This document shows, piece after piece, positions 42,070 to 51,967 of a stretch of 64,000 nt of DNA (position 1 is the first letter of the stretch; each line of letters opens with the position of its first letter). A program made the position numbers and the translations under genes. Source of the DNA: a bacterium (GTDB lineage: Bacteria; Zhuqueibacterota; Zhuqueibacteria; Residuimicrobiales; Residuimicrobiaceae); NCBI GenBank assembly GCA_029554865.1, contig JAKPUX010000228.1, forward strand, positions 25,883-89,882, read 5' to 3'. A model generated the notes under the pieces. It saw nothing but the letters and a program-made list of their open reading frames with translations. It was not told the DNA's origin and made no database searches.

Positions 42070-42428
42070 CAGGTCACCGTCACCGCGCAGGGGGTGTAGT
42101 TGAGAATCTCCTGCAAGGTCTTGTTGACCGATTTGAGTGCCTCCTCGACAGCACCGACCTCGCCATGGATCACCAGGGCGCCGGTGAAGCGGTCGAGAAA
42201 CCCGATCTGGACGTTGGCGGCCTTGACGGCGATATCGCCGGCGATCATGGCGGTCTCGCCCGGGGTGAGGGTCATAATGCCGATGGCATTGACGTAGGGG
42301 ATGCCGATTTTTTTGCACACCTCCTCACCCGGATGGGCGATCATATGGGCCAGGGTCACCTGCTTGCCTGGCACATACTCCTGGATGATGCGCTCTTTGT
42401 CCTGATAGGGGTTTCTCGAATCTTCCAT
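42069..42428 (-). CDS. eutS: circularly permuted BMC shell protein EutS/PduU
   Basis: 119 aa; ...[26 protein letters not shown]...[33 protein letters not shown]... matching EutS. Confidence 0.9.
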   Translation of the reverse strand: MEDSRNPYQDKERIIQEYVPGKQVTLAHMIAHPGEEVCKKIGIPYVNAIGIMTLTPGETAMIAGDIAVKAANVQIGFLDRFTGALVIHGEVGAVEEALKSVNKTLQEILNYTPCAVTVT

Positions 42429-42429
42429 T

Positions 42430-43194
42430 TCAGTCCTGCATTCTGGCCAACAGGGCCCTGGTCAGCTCGCCGTATTCGAGCGCGCCGCGGGCGGAGGGGG
42501 CATAGCGGAGGATCGGTTCCCCGGCGCGGGCCGCTTCCGCCAGTTTGATATTCATGCCGATCACGGTCGGCAGCAGCAGATCGCCGTAGCGCTGCTTGAG
42601 GGTGTCGTAGACTTCGGCCGCGCTCCTGGTACGGCGGTCGAAGTGGGTCACAAAATAGCCGAGGGTGCGCAGGCGCGGATTGAGATGCCGCCGCGCTTTG
42701 GAGAGCATGTCGTCGGTCACCTCGAGGCCGGCGACGGCCAGGTACTGGGCCTGGACCGGGATGAGGGCATAGTCGGCGATGGCGAGGGCGTTCATCGCCA
42801 GGGGCCCCATATTGGGCGGACAGTCGCAGATGACCAGGTCGAATTCCTGAGGGATCTGCTCCCGGCTGATGAAAAAGGCCTCCGCCGCATCCTCGGCGAC
42901 CTCAAGATAAAAGTCGGCGAGGGAGGGTTCGGCGGGCAGGCAGAAGAGCTGCTCATCCCCGGCCGGATGGATAGCCGCGGAGAGATCGCGGCTTGCGTCG
43001 ACGAGATAGTCGCAGAGGGTCTTGACCCGTCCGGCTCCGGGGCCGAAGCCGAGGTGGCGCGATGCTCCGGCCGAGGGATCGAAATCAGCGAGCAGGGTCT
43101 TGTGGCCGAAGCGGGCACACCAGGCGGCAATGTTGACTGCACTGGTGGTTTTGCCCACGCCGCCCTTGTTGTTGATGACGACGACGATCTTCAT
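42430..43194 (-). CDS. ParA/MinD-family P-loop ATPase embedded in the BMC operon
   Basis: 254 aa; deviant Walker [19 protein letters not shown] with signature Lys, Walker B LVICDCPP; start overlaps the eutK stop (ATGA); stop 1 nt before the eutS start. Confidence 0.85.
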   Translation of the reverse strand: MKIVVVINNKGGVGKTTSAVNIAAWCARFGHKTLLADFDPSAGASRHLGFGPGAGRVKTLCDYLVDASRDLSAAIHPAGDEQLFCLPAEPSLADFYLEVAEDAAEAFFISREQIPQEFDLVICDCPPNMGPLAMNALAIADYALIPVQAQYLAVAGLEVTDDMLSKARRHLNPRLRTLGYFVTHFDRRTRSAAEVYDTLKQRYGDLLLPTVIGMNIKLAEAARAGEPILRYAPSARGALEYGELTRALLARMQD

Positions 43195-43772
43195 TTTTTA
43201 TCCGTGAGCGGATAATACTTGCGCTGCATTTTTTCGATGACACCCTCATCCAGCAGGGTCTTGAGGACGCCAAGGATGGCGGGGCGGTCACACTTCAAGG
43301 CCGCGGCCAGTTCATCCGCGGTGCTGCCTGCGGGGCGGGCCTGGATATGGCGCAGGGCGCGACTGCTCAGGTCCGCTCCGGTGCGTTTGGGTTTTTCAGG
43401 TTGCGGGGTTTTAGCCGGTGGCTGGCCGCCCCGGCCCTGACCGCTCCCGCCCTTGCCCGAGCCCTTTCTCTGGCCCATGCCCTTGCGCTTCTTGCTGATC
43501 AACTCCTCGACCAGAAAGTCGGTGTCTCCATCAGGGCGCGGGATGACATGGGCCGAGATCAGTTCGCCGAAGCGGATGGCCGCGGCGGAGCCGGCGTCGA
43601 CAGCCGCCTGGCAGGCGGCGAGGTCACCCTCACAGACGATGGTCACCAGGGCCCGCCCAGGGTTGTGCTGTTTGATCAGGCGCACGCGGGCGGCCTTGAC
43701 CATGGCATCAGCTGACTCGATGGCGCAGATCAGCCCTCTGGTTTCAATAAAGCCGTAGGAGAGTCCAGCCAT
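43191..43772 (-). CDS. eutK: BMC-H shell protein EutK (BMC domain, basic disordered linker, C-terminal wHTH-like domain)
   Basis: 193 aa; N-terminal BMC domain ([23 protein letters not shown]...HVIPRP), Gly/Lys/Arg/Pro-rich linker, C-terminal roughly 60-aa helix-turn-helix-like module as in EutK. Confidence 0.8.
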   Translation of the reverse strand: MAGLSYGFIETRGLICAIESADAMVKAARVRLIKQHNPGRALVTIVCEGDLAACQAAVDAGSAAAIRFGELISAHVIPRPDGDTDFLVEELISKKRKGMGQRKGSGKGGSGQGRGGQPPAKTPQPEKPKRTGADLSSRALRHIQARPAGSTADELAAALKCDRPAILGVLKTLLDEGVIEKMQRKYYPLTDKK

Positions 43773-43780
43773 AAAAAGCC

Positions 43781-44446
43781 TCAGCCCAGCATGAAGTAGA
43801 TGGGATTGCGCGCGATATCGAGTACGGTCTCCTGGAAGGCATCGCAGGCGGCTTTGCAGGCGGCCTGGGTGCCGGTGAGCAGACCTCCGGAAAAGTTGGT
43901 CTCGGAGGGCGGCGCAAAATAGAGGCAGAGGCGCACGTTGGCGGCCTTCATCGCCTGGTCGAGGGCGTAGGTGGCCTCGAGCGGCGGTGCGATCAGATAG
44001 GAGAGGGGCTCACCGGGAGTGATGCCGGCCACACCCGAGAGATAACTGCCGGTGCGGGCGATGAGGTGCGGGAAGAAGGTCAGGCTGTTGGCCTCGTTGG
44101 CTGAATACCAAATCGCTTCGTTTTCGAGATAGTCGAGGGCGGCCTGGATGCCGGCCTGGACCTCGCCGGGATTGGGGCCGGCCAGCATGGCGATGATCTC
44201 GCCGGAGAGGGGCCCGGAGGCGTGCGCAGCGCCGGCGTAGAAGGATTTGGCATAGACCACTTCGACTTCGGCCTTTTTGGTCGCCTCATCGATGCTGACG
44301 TAGAGGGCATCATCGATATCGGCGGTGATAAGGCCAAGGCTGCGCTGTTCGGGCTTGAGTTTGAGCTCGGCATGGAGTCCTGCATCCACCGAGGAGATCA
44401 GGCGGACGGCGAGGGGCCGGGCTTTGATGGGATCGAGGATTGCCAT
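43781..44446 (-). CDS. eutL: BMC-T shell protein EutL
   Basis: 221 aa; close match to recalled EutL throughout (…RSLGLITADIDDALYVSIDEATK…GPNPGEVQAG…SRTGSYLS…PPSETNFSGGLLTGTQAACKAAC…ARNP). Confidence 0.9.
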   Translation of the reverse strand: MAILDPIKARPLAVRLISSVDAGLHAELKLKPEQRSLGLITADIDDALYVSIDEATKKAEVEVVYAKSFYAGAAHASGPLSGEIIAMLAGPNPGEVQAGIQAALDYLENEAIWYSANEANSLTFFPHLIARTGSYLSGVAGITPGEPLSYLIAPPLEATYALDQAMKAANVRLCLYFAPPSETNFSGGLLTGTQAACKAACDAFQETVLDIARNPIYFMLG

Positions 44447-44476
44447 AATTTCTGTCCTGTCGCTAGAGTATACACA

Positions 44477-45367
44477 TTATTTCAGGTTGATGCCACTGGT
44501 TTTTTGGGCGATCATTTTCTTGACGGTATCGACGATCACGGCCGAAGCCTCGACCGGGGGGGTACCGAGCTTGTGAATGTTCGAGATCACGGTCCGGTCC
44601 GACTCGACGGTGGTGGCGACCGCGGGGCGGTAGACCATGTAGGCGCTCATGCTCTCAGACTGGCCGAGGCCGGGGCGCTCGCCGATGAGGAGGACCACCA
44701 CGTCGGCCTGAAGGTGCTCGCCGATCTCATCCTCCACCTTGACACGGCCGTATTTCACAAAGAAGGGGGTCCCCACCTTCAGGCCGGCCGACTCAAAGCC
44801 CTTGACCAGGGGGGGAAGGATTTCATCATAGTTGGCGGTCATGGCGTCCGTGGAAAGGCCGTCGGAGAGAACGATCTGCACCTGGGGTTGGTGGATGCAT
44901 TTTTCGCTGATGAGCCTGCGCCCCTCCTCCGAGAGCATGCGGCCGAGATCGGGCCGGGTCAGGTATTCGTCTTTGTCGGAGACCTGGGTCTGCACGATGA
45001 ACAGGCCGGTGCGTGTGGTCCACTCCTCGGGGATCTCCTTGAAGACGGTGTCGCGCGACAGGGAGTGATCGGCGAGGAAGCGCAGATAAGGCAGGGTACG
45101 GCTGCGGGTGCCGGTGCGGCCGACGGCGACGCGGGCATTGGTGGCGGCGCGCAGATCGCCCAGGGCCTTGGCGTTGTTGGGCTGCCCGATCCCGATCCAA
45201 CGCTTGACCTCCTCCCCGGCCAGGTCGGGCAAGGGGCCCTCGCCGGCTGTGGAGGGGGCGGGCGCAGGCGCTGCGCCTGCACTCTGGAGAGGACGGGGGG
45301 CGGCCGCCGGCGAGTTCATCTCCTGCAGCACCGCGTTGACAATGGCTTCAATCTGTTTTTGATCCAT
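44477..45367 (-). CDS. eutC: ethanolamine ammonia-lyase small subunit EutC with N-terminal encapsulation peptide
   Basis: 296 aa; N-terminal [17 protein letters not shown] helix, Pro/Ala linker, conserved EutC core. Confidence 0.9.
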   Translation of the reverse strand: MDQKQIEAIVNAVLQEMNSPAAAPRPLQSAGAAPAPAPSTAGEGPLPDLAGEEVKRWIGIGQPNNAKALGDLRAATNARVAVGRTGTRSRTLPYLRFLADHSLSRDTVFKEIPEEWTTRTGLFIVQTQVSDKDEYLTRPDLGRMLSEEGRRLISEKCIHQPQVQIVLSDGLSTDAMTANYDEILPPLVKGFESAGLKVGTPFFVKYGRVKVEDEIGEHLQADVVVLLIGERPGLGQSESMSAYMVYRPAVATTVESDRTVISNIHKLGTPPVEASAVIVDTVKKMIAQKTSGINLK

Positions 45368-45385
45368 GATTATCGGTCTCCAGAT

Positions 45386-46747
45386 CTAGAAAAATATCGA
45401 CGCATCGCCGGCCTTTTCGGTCAGCATACCATTTTTCATGATGCCCATCTTTTCGAGCCAGGCTTCAAATTCCGGGGCGGGACGCAGTCCCAGGGTGGCG
45501 CGGATGGTGGCAGTGTCGTGATAGGCGTTGGTCTGATAGTTGAGCATGATGTCATCGCCGAGGGGAACGCCCATGACGTAATTGATACCTGCTGCGGCGA
45601 GGAGGACGGTCAGGTTCTCGAGTGCGTTCTGGTCGGTGTTGGCATGGTTGGTGTAGCAGGCATCGGCCCCCATCGGAATGCCGTGGAGTTTGCCCATGAA
45701 ATGATCCTCGAGTCCGGCGCGGGTGATCTGGCGGCCGTCATAGAGGTACTCGGGCCCGATGAAGCCGACCACGGTGTTGACCAGGAAGGGGCGATAGCGC
45801 CGGGCCAGGCCGTAATTGCGCGCCTCGAGGGTGACCTGATCGGCGCCGTTATGGGCCCCGGCGGAGAGGGCCGAACCCTGGCCGGTTTCGAAGTAAAGCA
45901 TGCTCGAGCCGGCGATGCGGCAGTATTTCTTGCCCACCTCATAGGCCTCGTCGAGGAGTTCGACGGTGATGCCGAATTCCTTGAGCCCCTTCTCGGAGCC
46001 CGAGATGCTCTGGAAGATGAGGCCGGCCGGCGCGCCGTCGCGGATGGCGGCCATCTGGGTGGAGACGTGGGCGAGGACGCAGCTCTGGGCCGGGATCTGC
46101 CACTTGTCGATGATCTCCTGGATGCAGATAAGCAGCTTTTTGACATTTTCGGGCGAATCGATACAAGGGTTGATGCCGATCACCGCGTCGCCGACCCCAT
46201 AGGAGAGCCCCTCGTATATCTGCGCGGTGATGCTTTTGAGATCATCGCGCGGGTCATTGGGCTGAAGGCGGGCGCTGAAATGGCCCGGCAGACCGACGGT
46301 GGTATTGGCCTTGCTGACCACCGGGATGCGTTTGGCCGCATAGATGAGGTCGAGATTGGACATCAGTTTGGTGCAGGCCGCCACTATTTCGGAGGTCAAC
46401 CCCCGGCGCAGACGCTGGATGTCCTCCGGGGTGGTCCGGTCGCAGAGGACGTACTCGCGCAGTTCTCCCACTGTCCAGTTGCGGATCTCGGCAAAAACAT
46501 TCTCATTGACGGCGTCCTGGATCACGCGCGTGACTGCATCCTCCTCATAGGGGATGACCGGATGGTTACGCAGATCGGCCAGACTGAGGTTGGCGAGCAC
46601 ATATTTGGCGGCGACACGCTCCTGCGAGGTCTCGGCGGCGATGCCGGCGAGGACGTCGCCCGAGCGCAGCTCGTTCGCCTTGGCGAGGACATCCTTGATA
46701 TCCTTGAATTGATAGGTTTTCCCGAACAGCAGGGCGCTGAGCTTCAT
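45386..46747 (-). CDS. eutB: ethanolamine ammonia-lyase large subunit EutB
   Basis: 453 aa; MKLSALLFGKTYQFKDIKDVLAKANE... and full-length EutB similarity. Confidence 0.95.
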   Translation of the reverse strand: MKLSALLFGKTYQFKDIKDVLAKANELRSGDVLAGIAAETSQERVAAKYVLANLSLADLRNHPVIPYEEDAVTRVIQDAVNENVFAEIRNWTVGELREYVLCDRTTPEDIQRLRRGLTSEIVAACTKLMSNLDLIYAAKRIPVVSKANTTVGLPGHFSARLQPNDPRDDLKSITAQIYEGLSYGVGDAVIGINPCIDSPENVKKLLICIQEIIDKWQIPAQSCVLAHVSTQMAAIRDGAPAGLIFQSISGSEKGLKEFGITVELLDEAYEVGKKYCRIAGSSMLYFETGQGSALSAGAHNGADQVTLEARNYGLARRYRPFLVNTVVGFIGPEYLYDGRQITRAGLEDHFMGKLHGIPMGADACYTNHANTDQNALENLTVLLAAAGINYVMGVPLGDDIMLNYQTNAYHDTATIRATLGLRPAPEFEAWLEKMGIMKNGMLTEKAGDASIFF

Positions 46748-46761
46748 CTGCTTCTCCTCAA

Positions 46762-48198
46762 TTAGGATGGAAAGGCCAAAGATTTGACGGTCAGGGGCAC
46801 AATATCACCGCCGAAATAGCTTTTGCCGATATCTATGTAATCCCCCTCGCGGGTGTTCACCTCATCGATGACCGCGAGGGCTTTGGGTTTGATCAGGGGC
46901 TCGAGTTCCATGCCGAGCACCTTGCCGACATCATTGGCTGAGATTATGATCGCCGGATGGGCCGGATCGGGGTATTCCCGATAGAGCCGGGCCAGGGCGG
47001 AGGCGCACTGGACCACCGCGCGATAGGTCACCGGCATGGCGGCCGAGAGGGCGATGGCGAAGAGGTCGGCGCCGGGATCGAGGTCGTGACGCCGGGCGGC
47101 CTGCAGTATCTCGCCATATATCTCCGGCTCGGGCTGCTGCCAGTCGATCGCCGGATGCAGCACCGGGATGTTGCGCAAGGGCAGTTTCTCATAAGCGACC
47201 CAGATGGTGCTGCCGCTCAGCGAGAGCGAATAGGCACCGGCGCCGATGACGGTGGCGCGGATCGTCTGCCTGGGAAGCCGGACCGGATAGGCCTGCAGGC
47301 GGGGGTGAGTACGCAATGCATCAGCCAGAATGGGCCCAAGATCCCTGAAGTAAAAGGGATCACCTTGGGTCAATTGCGGATGATAAAAGCATTCACCCAC
47401 ACCGCCGGAGATGAAGAGGGCGTCCAGTTTGCCGGGCTCCTTCAGAGGCGGGGTCATGAGCAGTTCCTCGAGCAGGGGCGAGGAGAGGCCTTCGATAAGG
47501 TCGACGACGAGGTCGGCCATGCGCTGGGCTGTGCGCTCGAGATCAGCGCGGGTCAGGGCGTTGTTCTGGGGGATGGAGCCCGGGAAGAGGCTGCGCAGCA
47601 CCCTGGAGGCCGGTTCCCGTACCCGGGTGACCCGGCCGGCCGGATCGGTCTCGATGAGATGGCCGCCGACGTTGAGACAGGCGGTATCGATGACGCGGCC
47701 GTTATCAAAGAGCACATAGTTGGAGGTTCCGCCGCCGATGTCGATGTTGAGGACGCGGGCGGAACGGCTGTCGGAAAAATCGGCGGCTCCCGATCCCCGG
47801 CCGGCGATGACCGACTCCAGGTGGGGGCCCGCTGTAGCGACAACGAAATCGCCGAGGCGGTCGGCGAGGGTCATGATGGAACGGCGGGCGTTGCTCGCCT
47901 TGGAACTCTCGCCGGTGATGATGATCGCGCCGGTCTCGATCTCGTTGAGGGTTCTGCCGGCACGGGCATATTCACTTTGGAGCAGGGCGAAGAGCTGCTC
48001 TTCATCGATGGAACCATCCTCGTGCACGGGGGTCATGTGAATGGCGCTCTCGTAGAGGATGCGGCGCTCGCTGAATTCGTAACGCGGCACCTGGGTGGCG
48101 GGTGCGCGGTTGATCAGTTCGAGCGCGGAAAAGATCAGCTGCAGGGTGGTGGTGCCGATATCGATGCCGACACTGTCTATTTTCTTGGTTTCACTCAA
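46762..48198 (-). CDS. eutA: ethanolamine ammonia-lyase reactivase EutA
   Basis: 478 aa; tandem ASKHA ATPase repeats (GIDIGTTT...; NIDIGGGTSN). Confidence 0.9.
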   Translation of the reverse strand: MSETKKIDSVGIDIGTTTLQLIFSALELINRAPATQVPRYEFSERRILYESAIHMTPVHEDGSIDEEQLFALLQSEYARAGRTLNEIETGAIIITGESSKASNARRSIMTLADRLGDFVVATAGPHLESVIAGRGSGAADFSDSRSARVLNIDIGGGTSNYVLFDNGRVIDTACLNVGGHLIETDPAGRVTRVREPASRVLRSLFPGSIPQNNALTRADLERTAQRMADLVVDLIEGLSSPLLEELLMTPPLKEPGKLDALFISGGVGECFYHPQLTQGDPFYFRDLGPILADALRTHPRLQAYPVRLPRQTIRATVIGAGAYSLSLSGSTIWVAYEKLPLRNIPVLHPAIDWQQPEPEIYGEILQAARRHDLDPGADLFAIALSAAMPVTYRAVVQCASALARLYREYPDPAHPAIIISANDVGKVLGMELEPLIKPKALAVIDEVNTREGDYIDIGKSYFGGDIVPLTVKSLAFPS

Positions 48199-48255
48199 AT
48201 CGCCGCGCTCGTAAAGAGGGCCGGAGGGGACAAGCCCCTCCGGCTGTTGAAAGAA

Positions 48256-49491
48256 TTACTTCAGGAGTTTCGCTTCCGATTTGCCGACTGAAATGGTTTC
48301 GGACTGGGGCAAAAGCAGACCGGTGTTCTCGTTGCGGCCCTGGAGGATGAAGCGCGGAGTCTTCTCCGTCATCTGTTCCACGGCGAGCTTGCTGGCCTTG
48401 CCGATCGGGCCGCCCTTGAGGCGGTTGAAGATCAGGGCCAGTTTCATGCCCTTGAACTCGGTGATCATCTCATAGTCGCCGTCGCTGTCGGAGGCGGAGA
48501 AGATCGGATCGCCGCGATGGCCGAGCACCTTTTTGATGGCTTCCACTTTGCCCATGCGCTGGGTCTGCACCCAGCCGGTCTTGTACTGCGGCAGCAGTAT
48601 GTTATTTTTCACTTCCAGTTCCATGGCAATGACCTTGTTGGGGTCGATGTTGTAGCCGAAATTGCCAGGGGCGCCGAAGGTCTGGACCACCTGCTTGAGG
48701 CTGGCGGAGCAGATGTAAACGTCGATGCCGGCTTTCATCATCGATTCGGTCAGATCCTGCATCTCGGGATGGACGCGCAGGCCGCTCTTGTAGGTATAGT
48801 CAATCGGACCGGCCTTGCAGGCGAAGTTGCAGGGGGCTTTCCAGGTCACCTTGGTCAGTTTGTCGTTAAGAGCGAAGGTGATCGCATCTTTGGCCAGGGC
48901 CTGAACCTCTTCGACGGAGTGATTGGCCAGGAAGAAGAGCACCCAGGGATAGCCGTAGACAGCCTCGATGCCGGCGGTCTCGCAATAGCCGTCATAGAGG
49001 AAGGGCATCTTGGTGATGAAATCCTTGAACTGCGGGGTCTCGCGGATCTCTTCAATGGTCATCTTGCCGACGCCGAAGCCCGCATAGTTGTCATGCAGGA
49101 ATTCATAGGCGGAGATGATGTCGGCGTTGATGTCGGCCAGCTTGATGTTTTTGTAATCGGCATTGAGCTGCTTGACACCATTGACCTCGTCCTTGAAGAG
49201 GGCCTTGAACTCTTCCTTGCTCAGCTTGAACTTGAGATTCCAGAGCTGATGACGGAAGGTCGCCTCTTCGCAGTCAAGATGGGCCATGGTCTGGTCCCAG
49301 TCGAGAGCGACGTAGGGGGGATTCTTCTTGTCGTAGTACTTGCCGCCCACACCATAGTCCTTGATGAACTTGGAAAGGACTTCGTAGTTGCGCGGGGACC
49401 AGTTCATTTTGTTGAGGGCATAAACGGAGCTGGTGCCCAGGAAAAGAACAGCGATGAGAAGCAGGGCTATCGGGAGAAAAAATCTCTTCAT
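48256..49491 (-). CDS. secreted HAD-superfamily phosphatase (signal peptide, DxDxT motif)
   Basis: 411 aa; N-terminal signal peptide MKRFFLPIALLLIAVLFLGTSSVYA; HAD motif I DWDQTM, motif IV-like SASDSDGD; lower GC than flanking genes. Confidence 0.55.
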   Translation of the reverse strand: MKRFFLPIALLLIAVLFLGTSSVYALNKMNWSPRNYEVLSKFIKDYGVGGKYYDKKNPPYVALDWDQTMAHLDCEEATFRHQLWNLKFKLSKEEFKALFKDEVNGVKQLNADYKNIKLADINADIISAYEFLHDNYAGFGVGKMTIEEIRETPQFKDFITKMPFLYDGYCETAGIEAVYGYPWVLFFLANHSVEEVQALAKDAITFALNDKLTKVTWKAPCNFACKAGPIDYTYKSGLRVHPEMQDLTESMMKAGIDVYICSASLKQVVQTFGAPGNFGYNIDPNKVIAMELEVKNNILLPQYKTGWVQTQRMGKVEAIKKVLGHRGDPIFSASDSDGDYEMITEFKGMKLALIFNRLKGGPIGKASKLAVEQMTEKTPRFILQGRNENTGLLLPQSETISVGKSEAKLLK

Positions 49492-49527
49492 GATTGTGAC
49501 CTCCGGTTGATTAGGGATTTGGGTTGC

Positions 49528-50595
49528 CTAGAACTCCACCCAGAACTGGGTGACAAAGCGCAGGTTGCCTTTGGATTCATCGCCAACCTTGAAGCCGTCG
49601 CGGACGACGTTGAACATCAGATAGTTCTCGCCGATGATCTTGTAGTTGAGGCCGGCGAGGATCATGTTCCACTCATCATTGTCCACATCGCCATTGGGAT
49701 CGAGCTGGCCATACTCGCCGACGAACATCAGGTTCGGGAGGATGTTATAGTTGACATAGCCCATGTAGGTCAGGCCACTGACGCCATCGAGTTCGGGGAC
49801 CGCCTCGACGTTCTTCTTGCCGGTAGTGACTTCAACACCGACATCGAGCTTCTTGTCGATGGCGTACTCAGCGCCGCCGCCGATCCAGAAGTTGTTGTCC
49901 TTGTTGCTGGCCTTGTTGTAGTAATCGGTCATGGTCCAACCGAAAACGGAGAGGCCGGCTACCGGTTTCAACCAGATGTCAGCGATGACGTTTTTGGCTT
50001 TGTTGTCTTCTTTGGCATAGCTGTAGGTGTTCTTGTTGGCCACGGCGAGGCGGGCATAGCCCTTGACGCCCAGGCTGGCCGGGAGGTTGTAGGTCGCCAT
50101 GGCGCCGGTGACGGCAGAGCTGTAGCCATTGTCAAAAGCGGTGCCGCTGACGTAAGCGAAGCGGTCGATCCACGAATTTTCGATGGTGTTGTGGTAGCTC
50201 TGAGCTCCCGGCTGCTCATAGTTGCCAAAGAGCATCTCGAGGCCCGGCAAACCCAGGAAATTCTTGAACTGAATGTAGGCGTACTTGATGCGGGCGTTGG
50301 TGCCCTGATTCAGCAGTTTGCCGTTCTGGGGGTCGGTGTAGTTGCGGTGGTTGAAATCCAGGGTGTAGCGCATCGCGATGTTGTCCGAGTATTTGTATCT
50401 CATCGTGACATAGCCGCGATCGAAGTAGAAGTAGTTGGAGGTTGCTTTGGTGTAGGGTTCCTCGACCATGTAGCGGTAGCGCAGAACGGTCTGGAAGGTG
50501 AGTTTGTCGTTGAGCTTTTCAGCCTGGGCCACGCTCGAGGCGAAGATCAGAACTACCAGCGTCAACAGGATGGTAACGGTGAGTTTTTTGTACAT
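49528..50595 (-). CDS. outer-membrane beta-barrel porin
   Basis: 355 aa; signal peptide, alternating amphipathic beta-strand pattern rich in Tyr/Gly/Asn, C-terminal ...FWVEF with terminal Phe; lower GC. Confidence 0.6.
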   Translation of the reverse strand: MYKKLTVTILLTLVVLIFASSVAQAEKLNDKLTFQTVLRYRYMVEEPYTKATSNYFYFDRGYVTMRYKYSDNIAMRYTLDFNHRNYTDPQNGKLLNQGTNARIKYAYIQFKNFLGLPGLEMLFGNYEQPGAQSYHNTIENSWIDRFAYVSGTAFDNGYSSAVTGAMATYNLPASLGVKGYARLAVANKNTYSYAKEDNKAKNVIADIWLKPVAGLSVFGWTMTDYYNKASNKDNNFWIGGGAEYAIDKKLDVGVEVTTGKKNVEAVPELDGVSGLTYMGYVNYNILPNLMFVGEYGQLDPNGDVDNDEWNMILAGLNYKIIGENYLMFNVVRDGFKVGDESKGNLRFVTQFWVEF

Positions 50596-50669
50596 ACTAC
50601 TCCTCCTTAGATTGGGGTTTGGGTGGATTGATCAAGCCGTGGAGCCACCGGCCGCGATCTTTCGTTTGC

Positions 50670-51929
50670 TCATTCTCCCTTGGGTGGGGCGGCTTCCAGG
50701 GCCGCCTGGCTGCCCTTGGGGGCAAGGAGCATGGCGAAGAGCACTGCGGTGATGCCTCCGATGAGTTTGCCGACAATTACTGCAAAGATCATGTCCGGCT
50801 TGTTTGCTGCGGTGAAACCAAGATGGTCGCCGAAGGTGAAGGCGGCGCTGACGGCGAAGGCGACATTGAGGACCTTACCGCGGTCATCCATGCCGCTCAT
50901 CAGCTTGAACATCGGGATGTTGTTGGCCAGGGTGGCGATCATGCCGGCGGCGGCGGTGCTGTTCATCTTGAGCAGGCGGCCGACGCTGAGCAGGGGTTTT
51001 TCGAACCAGCGCGTGAGGAGATAGACCATGGGATAAGCGCCGAGGAGGACGATGGCGATACGGCCGATGACCTCGATGGCGCGCAGGTCGATGCCGGGCT
51101 GATCACCGCTGACCGGGAAGATCGGATCCATGCCGGGGATGATCTTGAGGCCGGTGAGGGTCTCGAGGACGATCGAGGCGAGGCCGAGTGTGATCAGGGC
51201 CACCAGCAGCTTGGCGAAGACCAGGAAGCCCTTGATCATGGCGTTGGGTCGGCGCCAGAGTCCGAGGGCGATGAGCAGGGAGACGATGACCACCGGGATG
51301 AGGTTCTTGAAGATCAGCCCCAGGGTGAAAATCACCGCGGTGCCGTCCGCTGCCTTGATGTTGGAGATCATGGCCACCAGACCGCCGGCGATACAGCCGA
51401 GGGGGATGGTGACGATGCCGGCGAGGACGCCGAGGGCGAGGTGTTTGCGGTCGGCCTTGTCGATGATGCCGATGCCGACGGGTATCGAAAAAACGATGGT
51501 CGGGCCCATCATGGCGCCCAGGATGAGGCCGGCGTACATCCAGGCGGGATAGTCGATCTGGCCCGCTGTGGTGGCCAGCTCTTTGGCGAGGAAAAAGCCG
51601 CCCATGTCATTGGCCAGCAGGGTGGTGGCGAACATGGCGGGGCTGGCGCCGAGGAACTGGTAGAGAGGGATGATGACCGGGCCGAGCAGGCGGGCCAGCA
51701 CCGGGGCCAGGCTGATCACACCCACCATGGCCAGGGCAAGGGGCCCCATGGCGTTAAAGCCCTCCTCGAATTGGGCCCCTGCGCCGTCAAAGGCGCGGCC
51801 CAGCCGGCCGAGGCGCACCCTTTTGAAAACGCTTTCCGATCCCCCGAACTGCATCAGGATGCGATCCAGGGCGCCCAGCACCATGAATGCCATCATGATG
51901 TCGATGATGATTTGATTGACCAGTGCCAT
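50670..51929 (-). CDS. eutH: ethanolamine permease EutH
   Basis: 419 aa polytopic membrane protein matching the EutH family. Confidence 0.8.
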   Translation of the reverse strand: MALVNQIIIDIMMAFMVLGALDRILMQFGGSESVFKRVRLGRLGRAFDGAGAQFEEGFNAMGPLALAMVGVISLAPVLARLLGPVIIPLYQFLGASPAMFATTLLANDMGGFFLAKELATTAGQIDYPAWMYAGLILGAMMGPTIVFSIPVGIGIIDKADRKHLALGVLAGIVTIPLGCIAGGLVAMISNIKAADGTAVIFTLGLIFKNLIPVVIVSLLIALGLWRRPNAMIKGFLVFAKLLVALITLGLASIVLETLTGLKIIPGMDPIFPVSGDQPGIDLRAIEVIGRIAIVLLGAYPMVYLLTRWFEKPLLSVGRLLKMNSTAAAGMIATLANNIPMFKLMSGMDDRGKVLNVAFAVSAAFTFGDHLGFTAANKPDMIFAVIVGKLIGGITAVLFAMLLAPKGSQAALEAAPPKGE

Positions 51930-51967
51930 CTTTTCTGCTTCCTTCCGGGTTTAGCTGTTCTCTGCTG

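Noticed and set aside
44222-46765. 847-aa plus-strand ORF across eutL, eutC and eutB
   Set aside because: Antisense to three strongly supported eut genes. Its composition (GD/GA/RG repeats) is characteristic of a GC-rich wrong-frame translation.
48517-50610. 697-aa plus-strand ORF over the HAD phosphatase and porin genes
   Set aside because: Antisense to two genes that have signal peptides and family motifs; no recognisable domains.
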